DNA of 64,000 bases. It comes from Macrostomum lignano (lineage: Eukaryota). The notes under the pieces were generated by a model. It searched no databases. It was not told the origin of the DNA and saw nothing but the letters and a program-made list of their open reading frames with translations. The stretch's first letter is position 1. Each line of letters begins with the position of its first letter. This document shows positions 10,004 through 22,900 of this stretch, piece after piece. The stretch is from NCBI GenBank assembly GCA_002269645.1, contig NIVC01000036.1, positions 395,961-459,960 on the forward strand, written 5' to 3'. A program made the translations under genes and the position numbers.

Positions 10004-13000
10004 TTAAAGTTCGCCAATTAGCGAATGAAAATCAACGTCGCGACGATTTCCTCGATCAATATCGTCATCATCATCCAAGTCTGGATGGTCGCTGTCAGAC
10101 TCGTCGTCGCTTGCTTCAACTTCGTCCTCACTCGGCAGAGACCGTCTTGGGCGAGTAGATTCTGGAATATATTCATATTCGGTGAATTAAGTGTGATTTT
10201 CGCCTAATATTAATATAATAATAATTGATTACACCTGCCCTAATGGCCAGATGTGCAACTGACAGCTCAGCCGCAGCTATTGCGCGGCGCATCTGAAGGC
10301 TGCGTACGGCTGTTCAGTCCAAGGACTGGGGGGTCGCCACACACACCGTCAATTACCCCAGCTAATAGGTAAATTTTACAGCTGGGTGAACTGAAGCAAT
10401 GCAGAGTTGCTAGACACCTAGACATCTAGACACTTATGCTCCTAGACCCCTAGACCCCTAGACCCCTAGACCCCTAGACCCCTAGACCTCTAGACCTCTA
10501 GACCTCTAGACCCCTAGACCTCTAGACCTCTAGACCCCTAGACCCCTAGACCCCTAGCCCCCTAGACCCCTAGACCTCTAGACCCCTAGACCCCTAGACC
10601 CCTAGACCCCTAGACCCCTAGACCCCTAGACCCCTAGACCCCTAGACACCTCGACCCCTAGACACCTAGACACCTAGACCCCTAGACACCTATACTTCTA
10701 GACACCTATACCCCTAGACCCCATAGACACCTAAACCCCTAGACATCTAGACACCTATATCCTTAGACACCTATACCTCTAGACACCTATACCCCTAGAC
10801 ACCTAGACGGACGTCTAGAACCCTGGTGACTTCTACCGTAAGATGCGCTCTTCTTCGCACCTGACAGCGTGTCGTCCTCATCGCTGTCCTCCAGCTCATG
10901 GCTTAGGCGTCTTTTCGAAACTTTGCTCCGCTTTGAATAATTTGCTTTTGTATTCTGATTGGATGGCTTTTTCCCTTGCTCAGCTATCAGACTGGCCAGA
11001 GCTTGTCTCTGTTCGTCTATCTGACGGACCAAGACTGGCGGATTCTGGGTCAGATCGGCGTTGACCAGAGCTGCCTTGGCCGCTGTGAGCCACTTCTGTG
11101 GGAGTTTGGATCGATTTTTAAGTGCTTAATATTCCACGAAAGTGCTTTTTATTCTAAGAAATGGCTTACTATTCTAAGAAATGGCTTACTATTCTAAGAA
11201 ATGGCTTACTATTCTAAGAAATGGCTTACTATTCTAAGAAATGGCTTACGGTTCTAAGAAATGGCTTACTATTCTAAGAAATGGCTTACGGTTCTAAGAA
11301 ATGGCTTACTATTCTAAGAAATGGCTTACGGTTCTAAGAAATGGCTTACTATTCTAAGAAATGGCTTACGGTTCTAAGAAATGGCTGACTATTCTAAGAA
11401 ATGGCTTACGGTTCTAAGAAATGGCTTACTATTCTAAGAAATGGCCTACGTTTATAAGAAACTGCAATTAATATTCTAAGAAATGGCTAAACTATTCTAA
11501 GAAAGGGCCAATCTTAGAAATTCTAAGAAATAAGCACAAATCAAATCGGCGCCCACCTTCACACTCCTAATCTCGGCTATCAATTTTGAATCTTTTTCAG
11601 TTGCAGAAATGTTTGACTCCGCCAATTTTAAAACTGACTCAAGGCTAGCCAGAGCAGCTGGGCGCTTCATCAACTCGATTGCCCTGGCCGAGACGGCAGC
11701 AAAAGTTTGTTTTAATCGTTTCAACTCGGTATTTAGCATCGTTAAATTTGACGAGGATCCCGCAGCTAAAGCCTGTTCCGCCTTAGCCAAAGCAGCCAAA
11801 AGTTCTTGGCGTTCTTTTTTACTCGAGCATCTGGAGTATATCGGTTGAACTGTGCTCGAGTTTTTCATTTGGTTGCCATGGTTACCGCTGCTATCATCGC
11901 CGAACAGCCTGGCTCGATATTCGATCACCAACGCTTCCAAATCGTTGCGAATTTTCGATGCTGCTCGGGTCTCGAGCTCGCGACGACGGAACTGGAGAAC
12001 GCTGGAGATTTTTGAGGGCTCGTTTGAGATCGTCTTTCTGTCCTTAGTTTGGCAGCTTAACGCTAATCCTTCATCTGGACACCGCTACCCTCTCTCTGAT
12101 CCTTCATCTGGACACCGCTACCCTCTCTCTCTGATCCTTCATCTGGACACCGCTACCCTCTCTCTCTGATCCTTCATCTGGACACCGCTACCCTCTCTCT
12201 CTGATCCTTCATCTGGACACCGCTACCCTCTCTCTCTGATCCTTCATCTGGACACCGCTACCCTCTCTCTCTGATCCTTCATCTGGACACCGCTACCCTC
12301 TCTCTCTGATCCTTCATCTGGACACCGCTACCCTCTCTCTCTGATCCTTCATCTGGACACCGCTACCCTCTCTCTCTGATCCTTCATCTGGACACCGCTA
12401 CCCTCTCTCTCTGATCCTTCATCTGGACACCGCTACCCTCTCTCTGATCCTTCATCTGGACACCGCTACCCTCTCTCTGATCCTTCATCTGGACACCGCT
12501 ACCCTCTCTCTGATCCTTCATCTGGACACCGCTACCCTCTCTCTGATCCTTCATCTGGACACCGCTACCCTCTCTCTGATCCTTCATCTGGACACCGCTA
12601 CCCTCTCTCTGATCCTTCATCTGGACACCGCTACCCTCTCTCTGATCCTTCATCTGGACACCGCTACCCTCTCTCTGATCCTTCATCTGGACACCGCTAC
12701 CCTCTCTCTGATCCTTCATCTGGACACCGCTACCCTCTCTCTGATCCTTCATCTGGACACCGCTACCCTCTCTCTGATCCTTCATCTGGACACCGCTACC
12801 CTCTCTCTGATCCTTCATCTGGACACCGCTACCCTCTCTCTCATCCTTCAATGTGTTCTCTATCAATTTTTCAATTCTAAATAGTTTCATAGAAAATATT
12901 AACAAAAAAGAAATACGAATTCAACTTACACATCTCTGCTATGCTGTCGCTGTTCCACCGATGGCACGGCATAGCCATATTTTACTGTTTGAAATCTAAT

Positions 13001-14354
13001 TGGCTGATTAGCGATCTTATCAGCAATCAATTCTAGCTTATCTAACCATAAAATTCCGCTGCTATCGTGTCTAAAAAGTGCTCCAATGCTAATTTGTTTA
13101 CTATTAGTAGAAATATTGGAAAAATTTGCTCTAAATTTATTTCGAATTTGATCAAACTCCATGGTGCAATATTTAACCAGAAGAGTAACACCAAGACACC
13201 TGAAACAAATAAGGATTTACGCATTTTTAGCTATTATGTACTGCAAATTGTTATGAGATAATTAGTTGCCATGCAGAAGCATTTACTTACCTACGCTGAA
13301 ATTCGTTCAAATTCGATGTATTATGGTATTCAAGGACAATGCAAAACTCATCAGGTAAAGATGCAGCATCAGTCTCGAAGTTGATTGATTTCTTGTTTGG
13401 AATTGGATCGCCAATTTTGAATACCGACTGACGATTGACATAAGAGCCTGTGATGTTGGCGCTCTGGTTTGATGGAGAGTTTAACTATTTGAGATGGTAT
13501 GCTTTGTAGCATAACTAGCACTTTGTTTGCACTTTTCACTCGAGATCTCGTCTCCATTGTCCTTTGCTCTCCTCTCCTTTACTCTTTACTCTCTTTTCTC
13601 CCCTAATCTACTCTCCACTCTACTCTACCCTGTCCTCTTATCTACTCTCCACTCTACTCTACCCTGTCCTCTTATCTACTCTCCACTCTACTCTACCCTG
13701 CCCTCTTGTCTATTCTTCACTCTACACTATTCTCTTATCTACTCTCCACCCTACTTTCTCCTCTTATCTACTCTCTATTCTACCATCTCCTCTTTTCTAT
13801 TCTTTACTCTACTCTACTCTATTTTCTTATCTACTCTTCACTCTACCCCCTCCACATATCTACTGCTCTACTCTACCTTCTCCACTCATCTACCACTCTA
13901 CTCTGCCTTCTCTATTCTACACTCTATTCTTATTTACTCTCTTCTTTACTCTCACTTCTCACCCCACTTGCCTATCTCAACAAGCAAGGAACCGTGAGGC
14001 AAGTCAATCCGAACTCACGGCAGCCACGGAGAACAAATTGACATCAACCAATAGCATTTGCGCTGTTCCAGATTTTCTCTTAGAAAATCCGCCGTCACGT
14101 GAATGGCGCTTTCTAGCTCGATTAGTTTCCATGGCAACCAGATGCTGAACGGCTCCCAACGCGGCAGTTTCATCGGTGTTGATCGAATGACCCAGTCTGG
14201 AGCTGCATGTAAAAAAATTGATGACTACACAAATTGAACTACTATGCTAAGTAAATTAGACTAAACTAAAATAAATTAGACTAAACTAAACTAAACCAAA
14301 CTAAACTAAACTACGCCAAAATAAACTAAACAACACTAAACTAAACTAAACTGA

Positions 14355-14385
<31 letters not shown>

Positions 14386-17300
14386 CTAAACAACACTAAA
14401 CTAAACAACACTAAACTAAACTAAACTAAACTAAACTAAACTAAACTAAACTAAACTAAACTAAACTAAACTAAACTAAACTGGACCAAACTAAAATGGA
14501 CTAACTAAACTAAACTAAATAAGAAAAAACTGAACTAAGCTACTGTAAACCGAACTACACTAAACTAACCTAATTGAACTTAAATTAAACAAAACTCATA
14601 TTAAACTCTCTGTGCATGGGGGGGGGGCTTGGCCCTCATGGGTGTTAATCGCACAACAACCCTTTCCTAACCCTGCCATTTTACCTTCCTAAGAATTTCA
14701 TCAGCTCCTCTTGCACCAGCGGACACCGGGATCCGCCGCCCATCAGTAGCGTATCGCTGCTGCTACTACGGGTGACGTCACCAGCCAATGACGTCATCAT
14801 TTCAACTGGTCGCCTCAGTCTGTTCAACAAGTCCGCAACCTTCGTTCTCAGCTGGTCTCGCGTCATCGAACCAGCTCGCCGATTGGCGCTGAGCACCCGA
14901 AATAATTGGCCGGCTTCTACTCGGGCCTTAGCAACCGAACTAGCGTCCATAGTAACCGGTGATTTTCCGGCGTTAATTAATCGTTCAATAAAATCGAAGG
15001 TGCCAAGTGCCGGGTCGTAACCAGTGCCGAGAATTCGCAGCAGGTAGGTTTGAAAATTCTTGGAACCGGTCACTTTCTGATAAGCTAAAAATATATTAAG
15101 GGTTTCAATATCTTTTTAGATGTACGTTATTGTATGTAGATGGTAGATTTTGAAGGCCTGTTATTGTATGTAGATGGTAGATTTTGAAGGCCTGTTATTG
15201 TATGTAGATGGTAGATTTTGAAGGCCTGTTATTGTATGTAGATGGTAGATTTTGAAGGCCTGTTATTGTATGTAGATGGTAGATTTTGAAAGCCTGTTAT
15301 TGTATGTAGATGGTAGATTTTGAAGGCCTGTTATTGTATGTAGATGGTAGATTTTGAAGGCCTGTTATTGTATGTAGATGGTAGATTTTGAAGGCCTGTT
15401 ATTGTATGTAGATGGTAGATTTTGAAGGCCTGTTATTGTATGTAGATGGTAGATTTTGAAGGCTTGTTATTGTATGTAGATGGTAGATTTTGAAGGCCTG
15501 TTATTGTATGTAGATGGTAGATTTTGAAGGCCTGTTATTGTATGTAGATGGTAGATTTTGAAGGCCTGTTATTGTATGTAGATGGTAGATTTTGAAGGCC
15601 TGTTATTGTATGTAGATGATAGATTTTGAAGGCCTGTTATTGTATGTAGATGGTAGATTTTGAAGGCTTGTTATTGTATGTAGATGGTAGATTTTGAAGG
15701 CCTGTTATTGTATGTAGATGGTAGATTTTGAAGGCCTGTTATTGTATGTAGATGGTAGATTTTGAAGGCCTGTTATTGTATGTAGATGGTAGATTTTGAA
15801 GGCCTGTTATTGTATGTAGATGATAGATTTTGAAGGCCTGTTATTGTATGTAGATGGTAGATTTTGAAGGCCTGTTATTGTATGTAGATGGTAGATTTTG
15901 AAGGCTTGTTATTGTATGTAGATGGTAGATTTTGAAGGCTTGTTATTGTATGTAGATGGTAGATTTTGAAGGCCTGTTATTGTATGTAGATGGTAGATTT
16001 TGAAGGCCTGTTATTGTATGTAGATGGTAGATTTTGAAGGCCTGTTATTGTATGTAGATGGTAGATTTTGAAGGCCTGTTATTGTATGTAGATGGTAGAT
16101 TTTGAAGGCCTGTTATTGTATGTAGATGGTAGATTTTGAAGGCCTGTTATTGTATGTAGATGATAGATTTTGAAGGCCTGTTATTGTATGTAGATGATAG
16201 ATTTTGAAGGCCTGTTATTGCATCTAGATGATATAGTTTGAAGGCCTGTTATTGCATGTACGAGTAGATGATAGATTTTGAAGGCCTGTTATTGTATCTA
16301 GATGACAGATTGCCTACTTGCTCTCAGGGCACTTACATGCAGCAGTGCTGACAGTAAAAGATGCGCCTAGATCGAAGAATGTACGCGACTGAGGCTTGGA
16401 ACCCAGACTTGACAAGATGCTGTTGCCATAGTTCAGAGCAACTGAAACCGAATAAGCGAGGAATCCATTTTGGTTGAAAGTTATCACTTCACCGGATCAA
16501 GCTACTTATAGTACCTAAACCAATTTCCTTAAAACTGACAAGCATAAGGACACAATTAACATCGAACTGACACTTGAAATGATGCACCTGACAACCAACT
16601 GACACTCAAAGCTACGGCTCTGACAACCAACTGACACTCAAAGCTACGCCTCTGACAACCCACTGACACCCAGAGCTACGTTTCTGACAACCCACTGACA
16701 CTCAAAGCTACGTCTCTGACAACCAACTGACACCCAAAGCTACGTCTCTGACAACCCACTGACACCCAAAGCTACGTCTCTGACAACCAACTGACACCCA
16801 GAGCTACGTCTCTGACAACCCACTGACCCAAAGCTACGTCTCTGACAACCCACTGACACTCAAAGCTACGTCTCTGACAACCAACTGACACCCAAAGCTA
16901 CGTCTCTGACAACCCACTGACACTCAAAGCTACGTCTCTGACAACCAACTGACACCCAAAGCTACGTCTCTGACAACCAACTGACACCCAAAGCTACGTC
17001 TCTGACAACCCACTGACACTCAAAGCTACGTCTCTGACAACCAACTGACACCCAGAGCTACGTCTCTGACAACCAACTGACACCCAAAGCTACGTTTCTG
17101 ACAACCCACTGACACTCAAAGCTACGTCTCTGACAACCAACTGACACCCAAAGCTACGTCTCTGACAACCCACTGACACCCAAAGCTACGTCTCTGACAA
17201 CCCACTGACACCCAAAGCTACGTCTCTGACAACCAACTGACACCCAAAGCTACGTCTCTGACAACCAACTGACACCCAGAGCTACGCCTCTGACAGCCTC

Positions 17301-19175
17301 AGTTTGGCCACAACTGACCTGCAGCGTTGTTGTTGACCAGCCGAGCAGCTGGAATCCCGGCATACTGTGCAGCGCGCAGAATTGCGCCACGTTCCGCTTG
17401 TCCCCAAAATGGCGGCGTTGCTATGGCAACTTCGAATTCACTTTTCGAGCTATTTTTAGTTGTAGAATTGTCCACACTATCGTCGTCTAGAAATGTTTTT
17501 GCTGTCTCGATTGCTGCTTCTAGTAGCATGGCAGACAGTTGCTCCACAGACAAGCGAAGATTTCTGTAAGTTAATGGTAACTTCTAGTGGTCCTTGAAAA
17601 TGACTTGCTTCGGTTGGAATCGAATTCGAATACTTACCCACTAAGCAGAAACTCCAATGTACCGTCCGCTCCAACAACTATTCGATGATGGGGATATCGT
17701 TGACGATAGAGTTCCACCATGGGACTGTTTAGTTGGCAACCAAGTAGAAGCGGCAGGTGCAGAAAGGTCTGATCTGGATGCTTCTTTGCCTGCCAGTAAT
17801 GCGAGTTTTACTCTGACATATTTAGCTATACAGTGATGATGAACATTTTCTGGTACAATAACAGTACTGATAAAGAGTGTGAAACATACCATAGACAAAG
17901 CTGAGTCACCAATAAGACGTTCACCGTCTCTGAAAGCTACTGCCGTAGACATTTTTCTCCGAGCTTCGCTAAAATTTTTATATAAATGTTAGCCATCATG
18001 GTTGATTATAAAGACATCTCATGTGTCAGTATTGTTTCAATAAGATTTAACAGTAGGAATAACAAGTCATCTTTCCGCCCGTCGAACTACCGAGAGGAGA
18101 ACCCCCCTCTGACAATTTTTTGCTGCCTCGCGGAACGCAGAACGTAGACACACGAAATTGAAGAACACGGAATGCTAAATGTTCGTTGCGCACCTTCTCG
18201 AACAAGAATCAAGTCGCCAGTCTTCCGGAACGTTGAGATTTTAAACGATTCTACCAGGTTGGATGAATGCTCGAATCGTCTCAAGGCATTGAGTCGTAGA
18301 CGTCGCCAGCTAATTCAACGGGTTGAGGTTTGTACATTATTTAAGCTTGGTCAGCGAAATCAAAGAAATTCGCAACCGGGTGGTTCGTAGTCACCTGGTG
18401 CCATCTGTTGAAGGTCCAGAAGCTCTGTGATTCAAACACAGGTGGTCTATGTGTTGATGAAATTGTGTTGACGGACAGGGTGCATTGAATATCTTGACGG
18501 TCTAGAGAGCTGCATGGGGACTTGATTCTTGTTTGAGAAGGTGTGCAATAGAATTAGTTAACCCGTTGTTCATAAATTTCGTGTGCCTGTGTAGCTCTGT
18601 TCCGGCGCAGCAAAAAATATACATATGTACCTCTAAGTATACATATGTACATCTGTACCTCTCGGTAGTTCTACTGTTTATAAACAAATGACTTTACCTG
18701 TTTAATGCAATCTCTAATTGTCTTCCTGGCTAAAATTTTAAACATAATATATGCATGAATAAGGAACCTGAATTATTTTGCTGGATGTAATGGCAATAAA
18801 AAATTAAGGTTAAAAATTCAAACCTTTAAGACGGCCACTTTTATGTACTCAGAGCCAAAATCAATGCCAAGCAGAACTTTTGATCCTGAAATTCAGCATG
18901 AAGAGATGCTCAGATGACTTTGCAAATCTTATAAGTTATATATGTTGCTATGGGTTGTCATAACGCAGAATTTAGTTATGACACTAATTTTATTAGTCAA
19001 TTTTATCAAAAAGGCACATACGAAAAGGCACGCTTTTTATGAACAGATATCAGTAGTTAATCAAAAAAATTAATTTGTACAGGCATTACATTTTATAGCC
19101 TTTATTCTTACCCATCCCAGTAGAAATGGTCATACTGCATAAATATAGAACGAATAAGCAAAATTTAATAGACAT
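10004..19175 (-). CDS. HYOU1: Divergent HYOU1/GRP170-like ER Hsp70-superfamily chaperone (~885 aa, 14 exons)
   Basis: Phase-consistent GT-AG exons: 19175-19112, 18885-18824, 18729-18698, 17968-17890, 17789-17638, 17563-17319, 16441-16337, 15084-14685, 14202-14019, 13463-13291, 13199-12930, 12055-11557, 11095-10861, 10161-10004 (2658 nt). Signal peptide MSIKFCLFVLYLCSMTISTG; GIDFGSEYIKVAVLKPG; EIALNSEARRK; PPFWGQAERGAILRAA; FFDLGAS; LLMGGGSRCPLVQ; SINTDETAALGAV; C-terminal KDEL-like IGEL. Confidence 0.88.
10228..10410 (+). mobile_element. Dispersed repeat family B, copy 1 (SINE-like or LINE-3'-like fragment)
   Basis: Shares CAGCCGCAGCTATTGCGCGGCG..CTGAAGGCTGCGTACGG..GTTCAGTCCAAGGACTGGGGG..CAATTACCCCAG with the reverse-strand copy at ~30880-31045. 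Confidence 0.75.
10410..10810. repeat. 9-bp minisatellite (CCCCTAGAC variants) in HYOU1-like intron 13
   Basis: Directly visible. Confidence 0.93.
11150..11510. repeat. 20-bp minisatellite (ATTCTAAGAAATGGCTTACT) in HYOU1-like intron 12
   Basis: Directly visible. Confidence 0.95.
12062..12848. repeat. 33/35-bp minisatellite (TGATCCTTCATCTGGACACCGCTACCCTCTCTC[TC]) in HYOU1-like intron 11
   Basis: Directly visible; a block of 35-bp units is followed by a block of 33-bp units. Confidence 0.96.
13555..13975. repeat. Degenerate pyrimidine-rich (CTCTA/CTACT) low-complexity array in HYOU1-like intron 9
   Basis: Directly visible. Confidence 0.85.
14255..14600. repeat. (CTAAA)n pentanucleotide array in HYOU1-like intron 8
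   Basis: Directly visible. Confidence 0.93.
15125..16310. repeat. 34-bp minisatellite (TTATTGTATGTAGATGGTAGATTTTGAAGGCCTG), ~35 copies, in HYOU1-like intron 7
   Basis: Directly visible; period of 34 checked from line offsets. Confidence 0.97.
16590..17297. repeat. 32-bp minisatellite (CTGACAACCAACTGACACCCAAAGCTACGTCT), ~22 copies, in HYOU1-like intron 6
   Basis: Directly visible. Confidence 0.96.
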
Positions 19176-19961
19176 TATTGCAATAAATCGAATAGCGCTG
19201 TTAAGTAATTCTTAAATATAATCACTTGGTAATTTATTCAGGGCAAAATAATCACACGAGGCACATAAAAATTCTTTAGATAAAATTAAAAACTTAGTCT
19301 TAGAAAGATAAAGATTTACAATTTTACATGTACATTTTTCCTCCTAAAAGGTAAGATAAAGACTTGCAGTAATTTTTATCAAGGATAAATGTTTCGTCTG
19401 AATGAATTAAAACTCCTCCTAACAGCCGAGTAAACTATTAAAACACTGCGTACGCGACGACAGTCGAAGGAAAAATGTATTGAGTTAAAAGCGAGCGCAT
19501 TGTGACACGTAATCTTGAAATTGCGCGCGATGTATTTACACGAAAACTGGTTAAACAAATCCTCTGTTGCTTTGCAAATTTTTTTAACATTTAAAACTCT
19601 ATGGTTCATAATTTAGAGCTTTATAAAGTAACTCCTATATTCTCGTGTGCTTTTTGCGTCTGTTTTTGTGTGCGTCGTCTTAAAACGCACAAGCGAATGT
19701 CACACTACACGAACCAGTCTTTTAATCGAAGTTAATCTTAATGGTGATCTTCACCACGGTCAAATCTTAATTTTACTTTGTTATTTCTCTACGAACTATA
19801 ATTAAGCTTGTACTATCACTTAATAAATACTGCTTTTCGCAGGCCTAGGCCTAGCTTTTCTTATATACTATAAATTTCAAACAACTGGAATTGTCTTTGG
19901 CTTTGTTTCTCTTGTCCATCTATCTCTATCTGAGCTTCTACTATACCTAGCCAGTGTAAAA
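19176..19961. promoter_or_regulatory. Putative bidirectional promoter between the divergent HYOU1-like and TFIIS genes
   Basis: The two start codons lie 786 bp apart on opposite strands. The region is AT-rich and free of tandem arrays. Promoter function is inferred from geometry only. Confidence 0.5.
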
Positions 19962-22900
19962 ATGTCTGTTGATGGAATAGACTACCAGCGAATTGCCAAG
20001 AAGTTGGAGAAAATGACTACCAAGAATAAAATTGTAAGTAGGCCTAGAAAGTTAACCTCTGGCTCTAAAGCTGTTTTGATTTTATTTTCATGCCTCATGT
20101 CTGCAACTATTGCCTATTAGGCCTTCTCAAGAAAGTATTTGACTATTAGTATTATAATCATCAAGGACTAGGCAAAAAAGTTAGAGTATATTAGACTTGT
20201 AGTATATATATCCATTTTTGGTCTAGGCCTTGCATCATTTACATGACAACTTTAAAATATAGGGGCCTATTTAATTTAATAAAATTTTATAAAATTTTCT
20301 TACTAAGCTTATATATACTACATTAGTATAAAAACCTAACCTAGGCCTAGTATTATTAGTATTAGTATGTAAGTAAGGTCTATTCTAGACTAAATTTTTA
20401 TTTACTAAAGAAAGGCATAAAGCTAGTAATAACATCTTAGATTACAACTTCAATTATGCTTGTTGAAATAAATACAAAATAAATGATACATAGATGATTA
20501 ATAGTTGTCTTCATCTTTTTGGTTTAGTTTAGCTAAATTTTTTTAGAATGTTAGGCCTTATATTATATTATTGTTTATTAGACCTAACTTGATTAAATCA
20601 ATGATTGGAATCATAACTCATAAGGAATTTATTTAATAAGGGTCTTATTCTTAGCCAATCTTAGGCCTATGACTTGCCAATATCAATACGCCTAATATAA
20701 AAAGCTAATTTTAATAAAAACTAAGCCTAATGAATAACTTTGCAATGCAATTACTAAAATAAAAATAAAGAAAAACTTAAAAAGTATTTTGTATTGCTTG
20801 TATTAGATAATGATAAACTAGGAGGGCCTATATTGTCTCTTATAAAGATGGCTCTTAGAAACTTTTAAAAAACTATTCTCAAAAAATCTTTGTTTTGTAT
20901 TTCTAAAATAATAATAAAATGTTAAGTTCTCTTACAAAAAATCATTTAAATATAAGCTTCAAGATAGAGACCCAAACTTTAATAAAGCTTTGGTCAAAGG
21001 AAATAGAAAGTAAATTTTTAAATGTATACTTTAATAAAATTATTTCTTATTCTTAGTATTTTGAAAGTACTTAGTGGATCTTTTTTATTTACCAAAAGAG
21101 GTAGATACCCCTTTAGCTTCTCTCTTCAATTATACATATTATATATATTCATATATACAGAATAATATAGAGGCAAAAGACTATGTTTTACCCTAATATG
21201 CCACTTCATTCAGAATGCTATTTTTCCTTAACTCTCCAATTGCCTCCTTCAGGGTTCTTGCTCTTCATTTAATTTGCTTGTGCTTTGAGTGCAACTAAGT
21301 GACATTATTACACAACTAGCAAAATGCATTACCACCCATTCTGCCAACTCTCTTGAGCAGGCATGCAAGAATATAGACATGTATTTATTCATATTAACCT
21401 AGGCACCACTACTACACACTGACACAAGAGTGTAGAGCAGACCTAACTTGATTGTTAGGCATGCACACTTCACTGTGCCATTGGGTTGGCCTTTAAGGCC
21501 AGTAATTGCACAAGCAGAGCCAAGCCGAGATTCCAATTAAGCTATCCACAAATTAATGTAACTGCACTTGGAATCAAGCCTGGGCCGCTGGAACATAAGA
21601 ATGCCATGCCACTTTAGACCACTGGGCTATGGCCCCTACAGTTTTATTATTTGCTAAAAATGTAGAGGTTAATCCGTATACCTTGAAAAGAACCATTGCA
21701 CCAAACTGTCTAAATCTCCCAGGATGAGGCCAAGGTGGCCCGCTACCTGTCCCAGCTGCGCGAGGCCACCATCACCATAGCTGTGCTGCAGAAAACCGGC
21801 CTTGGCATTATTGTGAATCGTCTGCGACGCGGACTCAAATCCGACACTCTGCTGTCCGAAGCCCGACAGCTTATTAAGAAATGGAAGAAGCTGTTGGATT
21901 CTGCCCAGCAACAACAGCAGGCCGCTGCCGCTGCTGCGCCGTCACCGACAGCTGATGAGAATGGCAGCGGAGCCGACACCACTGAGGCTAAACGACCTCG
22001 CGTCGATGCAGACGAAGAGGCCAGTCCGAATGGAAGCAGCGAAGGCGCCGCCACCGCCATAGCCGCTCCAGCCGTCACTTTTAAAGAGTCCGAGAGACTG
22101 CGAACCACCGATTCAGTTCGGCTGAAATGCCGCGAAATGCTGCAACAGGTTAGCAGTTTTTTGTAAAGTACTTTCTCTTCTTTTATTTGAAAATATTCGC
22201 AATATTTCCTGTCTATTATAGATTTTATTTATGTCCTAATCAGTGATCCCCACACACCTGTCCTAATCAGTGATCCCGACACACCTGTCCTAATCAGTGA
22301 TCCCCACACACCTGTTCTAATCAGTGATCCCCACACACCTGTTCTAATCAGTGATCCACACACCTGTCCTAATCAGTGATCCCCACACACCTGTCCTAAT
22401 CAGTTATCCCCAGACACCTGTCCTAATCAGTGATCCCCATTCCCCACACACCTGTCCTAATCAGTGATCCCCACACACCTGTCCTAATCAGTGATCCCCA
22501 CACACCTGTCCTAATCAGTGATCCCCATTCCCCACACACCTGTCCTAATCAGTGATCCCCACACCTGTCCTAATCAGTGATCCCCACACACTTGTCCTAA
22601 TCAGTGATCCCCACACACCTGTTCTAATCAGTGATCCCCACACACCTGTTCTAATCAGTGATCCCCATACACCTGTCCTAATCAGTGATCCCCACACACC
22701 TGTTCTAATCAGTGATCCCCACACACCTGTTCTAATCAGTGATCCACACACACCTGTCCTAATCAGTGATCCCCATTCCCCACACACCTGTTCTAATCAG
22801 TGATCCCCACACACCTGTCCTAATCAGTGATCCCCACACACCTGTCCTAATCAGTGATCCCCACACACCTGTCCTAATCAGTGATCCCCACACACCTGTC

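Noticed and set aside
12062-17297. Regular 32-35-bp repeats that might suggest CRISPR arrays
   Set aside because: The units are head-to-tail with no unique spacers, sit in spliceosomal introns, and no cas genes are present.
21560-21636. tRNA gene
   Set aside because: Only A/B-box-like remnants without a complete cloverleaf, attached to a repeated body; better explained as a SINE head.
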